Source: Fimicolochytrium jonesii
Lineage: Eukaryota
Assembly: GCF_025526975.1 (NCBI RefSeq)
Contig: NW_026515671.1
Location: 992,001 to 1,056,000 of the forward strand
Length of the DNA: 64,000 nucleotides
Reading direction: 5' to 3'
This document shows positions 1 through 11,318 of this stretch, in pieces (positions within the stretch are counted from its first letter, which is position 1; each line of letters begins with the position of its first letter). The notes below the pieces were generated by a model, which was not told where the DNA came from, made no database searches, and was given only the letters and a program-made list of their open reading frames with translations. Made by a program: the position numbers and the translations under genes.

Positions 1-110
1 CGGCTCCTTCGACAATAAGAAGTTCGCAAACAGGCTTCGGCATTCGGAAGTTCGCTAGCTTCGTCGGCATCTCTCCTTTCACGGCGCTGCCAAGCCATTC
101 CCAGGGCGCC

Positions 111-1751
111 ATGCCCTCATCACCACGGACCCACCCGATAGACATGCCCCAAGATGTCGCTGAAGATGGTGATACTACCCTTCGCGAAATTTCCCAGGCG
201 CCACCCCAAGCCGCTCATCCGCTTCACCATGACCATAAAGCTGTCGAACCCCCAAAAGCCCGCTTCCACCCCGTTCAAGCCGCCCGCATTATTTACAGAT
301 CCACGAGTACCATGTCGCGGCTCGCTAACCTCCTCTGGCCTCTGGCTCCCATTGGGATCATTTTGAGATTTGTGAGACCCGAATGGCATATCGCTATCTT
401 TGTAGTCAATTATTTGGGCATGATTCCGAGCGGGAATTGGTTGGCTTTTGCGAGTCTTGAGATCAACGAGAAATTACCTAATGTATGTCTGCAATGGCGA
501 TAGTGATATGAGTCGGCGGAATATTCCTTCACGCGACGCTGGGCTTCGAGAAAAAAAGCCCAGTGGAACGTTCTAGCCGAACGTTCTAATCCGTGCGGTT
601 CGACAGGAGGAGTAAATACTAATCAAGCTTTCGAACACGTAGATTGTAGGCGCGACCTTCGAGACACTGATGGGCGCTATGGTCGAGCTCATCCTCTGCA
701 TCCTCCTCCTCTTCCAACGGCAATACACCGTCGCCCAAGACGCCATTCTCGGGTCCATGTTTGCCAACCTGCTCCTCATTACTGGCTTCTGTTTCTTTGT
801 TGGTGGCGTCAAGTACAAGCATCAGGATGTAGCCGAGTTTGTTACGGAGATCTCAGGTGCGGGGTTGCTGGCGTCGGCGTTTGCCATCATTCTGCCCAGT
901 CAGTTCAGTTTGGCTGTCATGCCTGCGATGGGGCTTGGGGCGACGGAGGACTTGGTGCTGAAAGTGAGCCGGTCGGCGGCAGTGGGGCTGTTAATCTCTT
1001 ACGGCGGGTGAGTGAAGGGTTCATGAGTGAGTTGATGCAAGTCTTTTACCTTCGGTCATAACCGCTCACCCCGCTCCACCCAGCTTTCTAATCTACCAAC
1101 TCAAAACACACCGCACAACCTTCGACGCCGTCCTCTCGGCCGCCGAAGCAAAAGACACAGACCGCGAAGAAGAAGCCCGTCGGAAACGGCTCTCTTGGGC
1201 CGAATCCCTCGTCCTACTCCTCATCTCACTCGCCCTCGTCACCGCCTGCGCCGTCTTCCTTGTCGGAGAGATCCATCATATCGTGGAGCTGGGACATGTC
1301 ACAGAGCCGTTCATGGGCCTGATCCTCGTGCCACTGGTGGAGAAGGCTGCGGAGCACTTTACGGCCATTGATGAGGCTTCTGATAGTATGACTGAATTCA
1401 TCACTTTTGCTGCTTTACTGCAACCAAATACTGACCGACTCTCCCTACAAAACAGACCAAATGGACCTAGCCCTTTCCCACGTCCTCGGCGCAACCATCC
1501 AATCCGCGCTCCTCGTCGCGCCCATCGTCGTCATCGTCGGGTGGATAGCCAACCATCCCATGACGCTCCAATTCAACGGGTTTGCCTCGTTCGCCTTACT
1601 CCTCGCGGTCCTTGTCGTCGGCAGCTTTCTGTCAAACGGAAAGACGAATTGGGTCGAGGGTATGTTTTTGTTGTTGTTGTATTATATTTTTGCGGTGGCG
1701 GCGTGGTTTTATCCGAATGGGGCGGAGGTGGGCATCAGTGAGGGGCATTGA
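111..1751 (+). CDS. Ca2+/H+ exchanger (CAX/Vcx1 family), 4 exons (~111-482, 643-~1007, 1084-1386, 1456-1751)
   Basis: Many TM helices. CaCA repeats 'ILGSMFANLLLITGFCFFVGG' and 'GLILVPLVEKAAEH...MDLALSHVLGATIQSALLVAP'; 'GKTNWVEG'. GT-AG introns join the ORF pieces in frame. Confidence 0.9.
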
Positions 1752-2059
1752 TGAGTGGGTTCTTGGGGGATGGTGTGGATTGACGTTTCTGTTGGTGGAC
1801 TCTGTTTTTTCGTTTTCATTTGCGGACTTTTTCACATTGTATTATATATACCTTTCTGCTTCCCCTCGTACATGCCCCTTACTTCATATAAAATGGACAT
1901 ACATACGTACATACCTAGATGCCTTCTCTGCGAACAAAATAGTTGCCGTTTTGGACGGACCCACAACGCATTAATCTGAAGTTATCTGGGCTCCGAAGCA
2001 GGTTTACGGGTGTTTACGTGTCAATAATTGAAATACGGGTTCTAGGGGCATTAAGGGGC

Positions 2060-4360
2060 GGAGCGAAGGGGTTGTCCGAAACCTGAGGGCTACTCGTGTA
2101 TGCGGTTGACAGCGCAATGCTTCTCAGCCGCAGAAAGGCCGATGAGGCAACACCACTCCTGGATGTTCGTCTCAACCTTGTCATGTTGCATTTCACGCGT
2201 GTCCTACGCGTTGTCCGAAAGTGATTTGCTGCAGAACCCCTATTTGTTCCGATGAACTGAGCCAGCGTCGGGATACGGTTTGTCCGTTGCTTGCCTTGAA
2301 ATTGAATCCCTAAGGTCGGAGAGGCCCTCAAATTAAAGAGATGCGCCTGATTCCGAACATTTACACAACTTGCATGAGCGACGGCAGGCCGCAATTGAGC
2401 ACGTACTATCCGCAAATGGCCTCTCTGACCTTATGTCCCTTCTGTTGTTGTGCATGTGCATCGATTACTGGCAATCCAGGTGTAAGGCCTTGCCAGCCGT
2501 CATCAAGCGATGTTTCTCGGCCACATACAGGTAGTCGTCACTTGCGACTCTTCGTCCGAACTTGCACGCGTTGTTTCGCTTTATTACGCGTTGTCCGGGA
2601 GTATCTTCCGTCACCCGCGAGTTTCCTCCGATCGGACAAACCCGTTTTCTCAAAGATAAGACCAGAATATTCCTCTACTCCGCCGCTATTATCCGAGCTT
2701 CTCGTCTCACAGTCCACGAGCGCATTATCCAGAACCGTTCTGCATCGCTTCAAGTGGGAACAGACAGGCAACTGGCAACCAACCAACCGGCACCTAGATA
2801 TAGAAATGCAGGCACCCTGCATCCTGAACGGTTATAACAGCCAAAGACAGCGTGATGGCACTTTGATAGACGCTCGACTGTCATCCTGCCTTTACCTGCT
2901 GCGCACCCGCTTGCAGATTCTTTCTGACAGAGTAGGAGAGTAGAACCGCTCTGGGCCATGAACAACTTCGGTAGGCGTCCCCTGCATGCCACCTACGCAT
3001 CGCTTGCACTGATGTTTTTTGGCTTCGCCGTTGACCATACGCACACCGTCGTCAAAACTACGACATCATCCAACGTAAGCACGCGTAGCTGTTTGTCCGA
3101 ACTTGTCCCGCATTCCACGCGTGCGATTCGCGTTGTCCGAAACTGTCCCACACTGAGACTCGGGCGCAGCCAGCTTTTCGGTAATGGCATTCGGAAATTG
3201 TCCTGCCCTGACCCACCAGACTAGCAGCGCTTGGAAAGCACCTGAGAACAGGTATGACATCCGGTTGCAGTTCCCCATGCTGTATCTGCAGACACCGCCG
3301 ACAAGCCTTCCCTTTACGGACTTTTATACCACCAATGCACAACTTCCCACCATCTATACAATCGTACCGCTCGCCTTCTTCCTATTCCGCAGCATGATCG
3401 GATACCTCCATCATCAAACTCACTGTATATGCAGTTCGTCCCAACCTTCTGGTCTCGCGCGTGCCTAACGCGTTGAACGAAACCCGTTTGTGAGACTCGA
3501 TTCTCTTTCGCCTGAATCTGGAACCAAACACTTGAACTTGGGCCACAAGGATTGTTCCGTCGCACGGTACAGCAAAGAATACCCCTCGACGGTTTTGCTG
3601 CAGGACGCCGATATCTCAATTCACCCAGTCGTGTCCAGCCTCCAACAACGTGCAGTGAAGCCCTGCAGCGATCCTTCACCCGTTCCGCCTCTGCAAAACC
3701 GTCATGACGGACGAAGTAGAGTAGGAGCAGGATTTTCCAGCGGATGGCGCCCGAGCGAGCGTCCCCCTATACGCTTGCAGAACTATAACTACCACCACAC
3801 CTGTGTGCGCTTGCAGGTACCTCCCTCGGTTTCACAGCAGAATTACGCATTTAACTTTTCTATTACACCGGCCCCATCTTGAGACAATGATGGGTCTCAT
3901 GCACGTACCTCTGTTATTCGTCATTCCACACCGGCGGATGTGTTTTCGTTTCGCTTAGATATGCGACTGGGAGTGTTCTTCATTTTTTAGCAGGATGTCG
4001 ATACGCTCACCTTGCTGCAATGTCCTTACCTTCCGGATCCAGTAGTTTCGCGATCATACCACAGACACCGACATCCCATCGCTATATCAGCAAAACCCTA
4101 GAAATGTTTCTATCCATGCACTTACCTCCAATGTTATGGAACAGTTCCGTACCGGACGCGTTCGCCTACCCTACAGACCGCCGCGTTCACGACGAACTTA
4201 CCTACACCCACTCCGCGGGATAGAAGCACCTTCCTCCTATGGCATCCTTCCTTTCAAACAGAAGCCCACTTCTGCAATACCTGGCCCGCAGTCGCTCACA
4301 CCTTGTAACGCGTTCCGATGGGCACACCAGCACTCTCATCCGCGAACTTGCATTTGATTC
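2060..4360 (-). mobile_element. Highly decayed hAT-like transposase remnants (several partial copies)
   Basis: Minus-strand fragments 'TVSDNANRTRGMRDKF...AYVG*C' (~3145-3065), 'AHLFNL' (~2345-2330), 'AKLLDP' (~4050) and 'SGGVEEYSGLIFEK' resemble hAT motifs VTDNA, C..H.LNL, LDP and the dimerisation SSA..ER.FS. Many stops and frameshifts; motif order is not colinear. Confidence 0.3.
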
Positions 4361-5302
4361 CAAGTAAAGAATGAACATACCTTGCCACCGTCGGCCCACA
4401 AACCCGACGCCGCTTTATTACCTTTGCGCACGTGTGGCCCCGTACATCCAGAAAAAAAAAGGGGAAATGGCCAGGTGTGAGATGTGACATGACGGTGATG
4501 TCAGACTTACAGTATTATACTATACAGTGCAGGGTACAGGAATTTACGCGTTCGGCTGTTTTCCGTCCGTCAGAGGCCGTCCGTCTTCCGATAAAAAAGG
4601 TTACTCAAGCAGCATGCATTCGCGTTGGCTATTCCTCACCGGTGTCTTCACTCAGCCCCTCAAATGGGGCGGATTGCTGGCGCCTGAGGGCAATCCTCGC
4701 CGTCAACTCCGCCCCCGCGAACCCCTCGCTCGCTCGTCTCCCGCAAAACCACGGAGATGAGGGTCTCCTTAGATCGAAGACACGGGGTTTCGAATGAGGT
4801 TCTGTTGCGGGCGCGAGGAGCTGTCAAGGAGACATCGTCTCCTGCTGTCACCTCCTCCTGGCCTCCCCCACAACAGGGAGTCCCTCAGGCCCAACTCCGC
4901 CCCTGACCTCCCCTTACGGTCCTGCCTGTTTCCTTTCCGGTGCACAACAACTGCCATGTGAAAGTTGTGTTGTTGTGCGGGAGTAGATGTCATCATCGTA
5001 ATGTGCCCAGTTGGAGCAGTTGGCCGCGGAACGAATTCTGTGAAGCCCACGCGCTTCGACAGTTGGCAAAAGGTCCCCAGTGCCCCAGTTCCCTCTCAAA
5101 GGCTGTTCCGCTTGACATTGTGCTTCGAACTTGCACCGCTCCACCCACAACTACATAAACATCCAGAGGCATAGCGCCACTCACACGCGGAAGCCAGAGG
5201 GAACAGCTCAGAATACAACACAACTCCCGAGTCGAACCGACTCAGATCGCCCTCTCCTGCCCCGTTCAATGTCACTCCTAGACGCTCATTCGCGCTGACA
5301 AT

Positions 5303-8300
5303 ATGTCTTGGGGAGAAGGAATGCAAGCGTCTCTCAAAGCCCTCAACAGCCCTTCATCTTGGCTCCCTTCCTTCACTAGCCGGCCTTCCAACCTCTGTCA
5401 CTGCCCGGAACCACTCACAAGCCCAGGGAACCTTTATCCAGGCGCCGCGGCATCGACTTCCAACTGGTGGCTCTCGCACGGGCTCGCGTTCGCTTTTGGC
5501 ATCTTGACGTGTCTGCTGATACTCACGTTTGCGCTGGTGGCTTTCATCAAGTGGCTGCCGTACTATCTGGTCCCCCGCAAAGAGGAACGCTCTTTCTTCC
5601 CCCCTGTCGCGTCTGCAGAGTCTTCGACCGCAGGACCGAGTGTCAACGGTGCAACTGACAAGAACCTAGAACGAGCTGGGTGGTTGCGATGGAGCGAGGA
5701 GCCTCTGACCGTCGCAGAACTGAGCGAGAAGGAGAACGGCGACGATGAGGATGGGAGCAACGGCGGCCGTGGTCTCAGTCGCGCCGACAAACACTTCCCC
5801 AATCTCAACAAAAAGCGGAGCTTCACCGCAACATCCAAGCAGATTGTCGCATCGGCGTCCAGATCGGCTCAGTCCATGTATACTGTCACCCGCTCCGTCA
5901 GTACATACATCGCCAACAGGTTCATGGGCCAGAATGCAGCCGCGTCGGAAGCTGATTTGCCGCAACTACGTGTGACGCCTCCCGTACCGCCGCGCCCACG
6001 ACGATGGCGAAACTCGTATGCAGTCTTGAGATACAGGACCCTCCATCTCTATACCTCCGACGACCAAAAAGAATGCACTCATATCCTGCTGCTCTCTGAT
6101 TACCGCGTCAACCTATACCCCGCCACAACGACAGACGTTGAAGTCTATCTGCGGACGAATCCGCTCTGCCTTGTGCCCAAGGCCATTTCAAAACGGTGTA
6201 ACCAACAGACCTTTTATCTCTACTTTCCCACAAACTCAGACAAAGAGGACTGGCACATCATGCTGCGGCGCGCCCGGACGCTCCCGTCTCGCGCTGACGA
6301 GGGTGCATGCAGCGTCTTCTTCAACGACACGGCGCCCGTAACCGCCTACCGCGTCGCCATGGAGAAGCTCGTAAACACAGTCAACAAAACGCCCCAAGAC
6401 GCAGCAACAGCCTGGTTCAACGCCCTAGTCGGCCGAATATTCGTCGGGATCCACTCCCACCCAGCTCTGAAAGAATGGCTCTTGGAAAAGTTCATCCGCC
6501 GCTCCATGCACATCCGCCGGGAAGAGGACGACCAAGCCTCCATCCTCGGCGACATTGACGTCCGCGACATCTCGGTCGGAAACAGCCTCCCCGTCCTCTC
6601 CAACCCCAAACTGCTCGACATGACCGTCGACGGCGACATGACCATCGAGGTCGACGTCGAGTACACGGGCAAAGCACGACTGGAGGTTGCTACTCTCGCC
6701 ACCATCTCCATCAACTCGTTGGATTTGAAACCGTTACAGGTCCCGCTTGTCGTCGGCGTACAGATCGATCGCTTCGCTGCCCGCCTGCTGATCAAGATTA
6801 AGGGCATGTGGGAGACCAACCGCGTCTGGCTCGGCATCCAGCGGGAACCCGCCGTCCAGCTGGAGATGAAGGTCGTTCCCGTCGTCGGCCATAAGATGAT
6901 TTCGATGAGTTTGGTCAACACCGTCATCGAGCGGAGGATCAAGGAAGTCATTGAGGAGTTCTTTGTCCTCCCCAATATGGAAGATCTGGGCTTCTGGCCG
7001 ACTCGGGGGTTGGGCGGGATGTTTTGGGGCGACCCGGGGCGCAATACTGGCAATGATAGCAGCTCAGATAAGCGTGACACGCCGACCACGGGTACACATA
7101 CGGATTCACACGAAGACGCCGACGACATCATCGACAACACATCATCGGACTACGACACCGCCTCCTGGCCCGAAGACGGGGACGAATTCGTTAGCGATGA
7201 AGACGAGGAAGGCACGCCCACCGCTCTTGAAGACTCCTCACAGCACCTCGATTTGTTGGCTGCGACGCGTATCGGGGAAGCAATTGAGAGCTCGTTGCGC
7301 CCGCGGCCGAGGTTACGGAAACGGCATACGTTTGATGGGTTGCTGAATGCGAGTCAGAGGGGGTTAGGTAATAGTGGGGCGGTGGCGCCGGCGTCGTCGT
7401 TGAGAAACTCCGTTGTGTCCCCGTTCTCGTCGCCGTTCTCGTCGACTTCGCCTAGGGATGAAGGCGGCGTCGGAAGTACGCAATCTGATGATGGGTCATC
7501 CACTCGCGCCGGTGACACGGGTGTAGCGGCCTCCGCTACGAGCGCCACCTTGACACCATGGTACTACGAAACCATCGGAGCAGCAGCCGACTACCTCGGC
7601 CGCACCTCGCGCTACTGGGGCGTGGACACGACCGTGCACCATCTCGCGGAACAGGCCTCGGACTACGCGAAACCGGTCGTTGCGCGCGCGGGCGAGAGCG
7701 TGGATGGGTGGAAGGTTGTGGTTGGCAGCGCGTGGGAGACGCTGGGGTCTTGGGTGGGTGGTGGGTTTGAGCAGGCTGCTGAGAGGGACCAGGAGAGATC
7801 ACCTGCCGCCCTTGGACAACCGCCGTCGCCGGAATCCCCCACGTCGTCTGAGTCATCCGCCACCTCGGTGTCACCTACCACAATCGACCAAACAACCGTA
7901 CCCCACCAACCCACCCCCGATTCTGACACACCCTTCCCATCCCTCCACCGCCGCAAATCCCGCCGCCGATCTGACTCCACCCCCGTCTTGCACGTCATGG
8001 GTCTGCTGAGCATCTCCACCCGGCCGCCGCCTCCAGCACCACTGCCTTTATCCTCATCGAGAACGGGAAGCCTGAGGGGATCCCTCCCTGGAACGCCGGG
8101 GAGGCTGAGACGCGAGAAGAGTTTTCCGGCCCTTGGTGGCGGTGTGGCAGGGAAGGGAAGGGGACATGAGAGGTCTGTGAGTTCGACGTCGGGTTTCAAC
8201 TCGGTGGTAAGGGCAGAGGTGGGTAGATTGGCGTATGAGGGGGGCGGGGATGTGGAGGAAGCGCACGTGGATGTACCACAGTCTGTTACGGCGTCCTATG

Positions 8301-8899
8301 CCGCCGCTGCTACACCGCCTGCCTCTGCTTCTACGTCTATGTCGTCCCCATCACTACCACCATCTCTCGACACATCATCACAATTGCAACCACCCACCAC
8401 ACCCGCACGACCCAAACCCCACGTAAAAGCCTACTGCCACGCCTGGCCCACCCGTTCCCGCAGCGATTACGGCGGCCTGGCCCATCTCGCTTCCACTTCA
8501 TCCCCCGCACATTCAAGCCCAGGTACACCGCGCCCCGCCCTTCGGAGGGCATACTCGACGCAGGTGTTGCGGTCGTCGGGGCTGGGGGCCGTGGAGGGGC
8601 GAGAGACGATGGATGTACCGGGTTCTGTGACGGGGATGTCGACACGGGTGGATGCTGATGCTCGCGAGGTTGCGGCGTTTGAGGGCCGCTACACCACCGA
8701 CAACACCAACGAAAGATCTGCTATCGCTGAGGATACCGCCAACGCGCCACCGCCGTCGGTCCTTGACGCTTGGACCCAGCATGCTGTCAGTACTTTGCCC
8801 CCACCGGGGAGAGAGACACCCGAAAGAGGAGAGCAGGAGACCAGCACCCTCCCGCACCGCCAACCACGCGCACCGGGGTTTTTGGACCTCGGTGCATGA
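5303..8899 (+). CDS. SMP-LTD/PH-like domain membrane-contact-site lipid-transfer protein (Nvj2/TEX2-like), single exon, 1198 aa
   Basis: N-terminal TM helix (LAFAFGILTCLLILTFALVAF); PH-like segment (YAVLRYRTLHLY...DKEDWHIMLR); SMP start 'TAWFNALVGRIF' and end 'EFFVLPNMED'; long S/P-rich disordered tail. Confidence 0.85.
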   Translation: MSWGEGMQASLKALNSPSSWLPSFTSRPSNLCHCPEPLTSPGNLYPGAAASTSNWWLSHGLAFAFGILTCLLILTFALVAFIKWLPYYLVPRKEERSFFPPVASAESSTAGPSVNGATDKNLERAGWLRWSEEPLTVAELSEKENGDDEDGSNGGRGLSRADKHFPNLNKKRSFTATSKQIVASASRSAQSMYTVTRSVSTYIANRFMGQNAAASEADLPQLRVTPPVPPRPRRWRNSYAVLRYRTLHLYTSDDQKECTHILLLSDYRVNLYPATTTDVEVYLRTNPLCLVPKAISKRCNQQTFYLYFPTNSDKEDWHIMLRRARTLPSRADEGACSVFFNDTAPVTAYRVAMEKLVNTVNKTPQDAATAWFNALVGRIFVGIHSHPALKEWLLEKFIRRSMHIRREEDDQASILGDIDVRDISVGNSLPVLSNPKLLDMTVDGDMTIEVDVEYTGKARLEVATLATISINSLDLKPLQVPLVVGVQIDRFAARLLIKIKGMWETNRVWLGIQREPAVQLEMKVVPVVGHKMISMSLVNTVIERRIKEVIEEFFVLPNMEDLGFWPTRGLGGMFWGDPGRNTGNDSSSDKRDTPTTGTHTDSHEDADDIIDNTSSDYDTASWPEDGDEFVSDEDEEGTPTALEDSSQHLDLLAATRIGEAIESSLRPRPRLRKRHTFDGLLNASQRGLGNSGAVAPASSLRNSVVSPFSSPFSSTSPRDEGGVGSTQSDDGSSTRAGDTGVAASATSATLTPWYYETIGAAADYLGRTSRYWGVDTTVHHLAEQASDYAKPVVARAGESVDGWKVVVGSAWETLGSWVGGGFEQAAERDQERSPAALGQPPSPESPTSSESSATSVSPTTIDQTTVPHQPTPDSDTPFPSLHRRKSRRRSDSTPVLHVMGLLSISTRPPPPAPLPLSSSRTGSLRGSLPGTPGRLRREKSFPALGGGVAGKGRGHERSVSSTSGFNSVVRAEVGRLAYEGGGDVEEAHVDVPQSVTASYAAAATPPASASTSMSSPSLPPSLDTSSQLQPPTTPARPKPHVKAYCHAWPTRSRSDYGGLAHLASTSSPAHSSPGTPRPALRRAYSTQVLRSSGLGAVEGRETMDVPGSVTGMSTRVDADAREVAAFEGRYTTDNTNERSAIAEDTANAPPPSVLDAWTQHAVSTLPPPGRETPERGEQETSTLPHRQPRAPGFLDLGA

Positions 8900-9285
8900 A
8901 GCTTTACGAATGCGGGTACATTTCGCATAGGCTGGCTGAGTTTTGGGTCTTGAGTGTGTTTTATAAATGTGGGGGGGGTACCTGGTTTTCGATACATATT
9001 GTACATATACTACCAATATTCCCTGTATGGGATTGTACATCTTGTGTTTTGGTGAGGGAATGTATGCCGTCCGCTTGATTATGTGTGATTGGATTGACGT
9101 TGCTGATCGTATCTCACAGAGGCGAGGATGGGATTGCCTCACCCCTTGTTCGACGGAGGGGCGTAGGCGAACTTCGCCATAGTCCCGACAGGCCGGTAGT
9201 CCCACTTTGTGCACCGGCGCCCAAGTTCATGCGCTACCTACACAGCCTCGGCATGCAAACTGAGGTGCTAGCGTCCCGACAAGCT

Positions 9286-9332
9286 GCATCGACGTACATC
9301 GACGTACATTAACAAGGTGCATCGACGTACAG
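9286..9332. repeat. Short tandem repeat CATCGACGTA x3
   Basis: catcgacgta-catcgacgta-cat...catcgacgtaca seen directly. Confidence 0.8.
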
Positions 9333-9619
9333 GAAGGCAGAAGACCTGCAGCGGCGTTGCTACCTGCTGTGCCAACATCTGCAAGGACGGGACAGGTGCT
9401 GGTGAAGTTCAAGCAGGGCCCGCAGGGGGATAGGAGGGAGGGAGGAGTAGAATAGTTTGCAAGCCATTTTTTCAAAGAGCGCACGAAGCAGAGCAAATGT
9501 CAACCCAGTATAGTTCAAACGTAGGTTTTATTGAAAGATAGTATTGAAATACCGAGTACAAGAGAGATTATAAAAGAGATATATAAGCGCCTTCGAGTCG
9601 CCCAGCGATCCTTCCATGG

Positions 9620-10115
9620 CCACCGAGTATACGGTCGCTTTGCTTGGATTTGCACCCCACGAGGCCTTTAACGTGGTTGCCTAGCACAAGTCTGAGTTTA
9701 ATGTGATGCCTAGCACGAGTCTGAGTTTAACATGGATTCCTAGCACGCCTTGTCTACCCGAGGGCCGCCACCGAGTATAACGGTCGCTTCGCCTTGATTC
9801 TCGCATTCCAGGTTGATGAGGCCCATTACGCCGGCTGTTCAACGTGTTTCTTCCGCGTCACAGGCTGGTTAACGTGTTTCTTCCACATTACGGGCTGGTT
9901 AACGTGTGTCTTCCCCACCACGAGCAGAGAAAAGAATGGTGGCGAAGCAGTGCCGAAAAAGAGTGCCGATGGTAGTTTAAGATCAGTCCGGACCCGACCG
10001 AAGAGAGTGCCGACGAAGGGTGCCGATGGTAGTTAAAGGTGATTCCGGACCCGACCGAAGAAGAGTGCGGACGAAGGGTGCTGATGCTTGCTCCGGACCT
10101 GATAGTGCCGACCGA
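9620..10115. repeat. Cluster of different short tandem/dispersed repeats (~29, 30 and ~58 bp units)
   Basis: caccgagtata(a)cggtcgctt x2; cctagcac(a/g)agtctgagtttaa x2-3; ggctg(g/t)t(t/c)aacgtgt(t/g)tcttcc x3; gtgccgatggtagtt...ccggacccgaccgaaga x2-3. Confidence 0.8.
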
Positions 10116-11318
10116 ATAAGTGCTTGTTCTATACCACCCTCAAACGTAACCAAGGGTCATTGCAGAAGTGGTCGCGTTGCCTTTACGCGTTGACGCGTTG
10201 ACAAAGGCGCGTAACGTTGCAGCGTAACGTGTTTTGCTGTTGACATAAGCATTGCAACGAACTACCCAACAGTGGGCGGATGAGACTCATGTTAAGCAAC
10301 ACCATGTTCAAAAACGACATGATTGGTGGATGAACCCACTGCCGTGAAAGGACCTCGCTTCTTTCTCGTGCATACTGGAGCTTGCATGGAACAACAATGC
10401 CGGGGACTTCCAAAAATTCGGGGTGAACTAGCTCTGGAAGGGCTTGACCCAGTGTCGGCAGCATAATGGGAACGTAAGGTTGGGAAGTTGGCACGGTGGG
10501 AGGGTTGGTACATCAAACACACGCCCCTTGCTATCAATGGGCAGCTTCAGGCGTCGATGCCTGCGCCGCGGATCATAGACTCGGAGGACGATGGTACTGA
10601 TGTGGAGAATGTCCCAGATGGGGATGCAATGCCCGAGAAGGATGGCATGTGTGGGGATCACCGAGGTCCGGTGTTATAAGGCATGTAAGATATGGACTCT
10701 TTCTTCTGTTGCATGCGTTTTCAGTGAAGATATATTCACGGAGGAAGACTCTATGGCTTTTATCCCTGGTGCGATGCGGATGGGTCTATCCTTCCGCTCT
10801 ATACAAACCGCCGTGCAAACGGGGGGGCGAGACGGCTACAGTGGGCAAATCACGAAGCAAAACCATGTGCCCAGGAGAACCTGGTACTTATATCGACGCA
10901 GACACCAGATAAGATTATATTTCAAAAAGAATGGAAAAAAAACACTGATGTTGAAACGTTCATCTCTCCACAATGAATCCCATTGGACCGCTTCTGCGTT
11001 TGCGGCTATTCGGGCATCAGATGAATTGTTTTTTGTTGGGACCGCTCCCTACTTGTTGCATGTTGCCGTGGGTGTTTTAGTTTTGCGACTCCAGAGTGGG
11101 AAATTCCCACGGCCCACCTCCAGCCGGGGATCATCATTGCGGTCTCTTCCCGTCTCTTTTCCAAAACAAACTCGCCACAGTCGTGTTGCGTGTGCTGATG
11201 TCGTTATTTTGCGTTGCAACCATCCATAATCGCATTCCCCGCTCGCCTCCCCTATCCTACCCCCCGCCCCCCCCCCCCCCCTCCCTCCCCATTCCTTACC
11301 GCTCCTATTCATCCACAC

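Noticed and set aside
6346..7140. Long antisense ORFs (also 14281-15021, 27840-28742, 28895-29872)
   Set aside because: Shadow frames of GC-rich real genes on the opposite strand; no independent motifs.
9620..10115. Repeat cluster as a CRISPR array
   Set aside because: Units are adjacent degenerate tandem copies without unique equal-length spacers; no cas genes; eukaryotic context.
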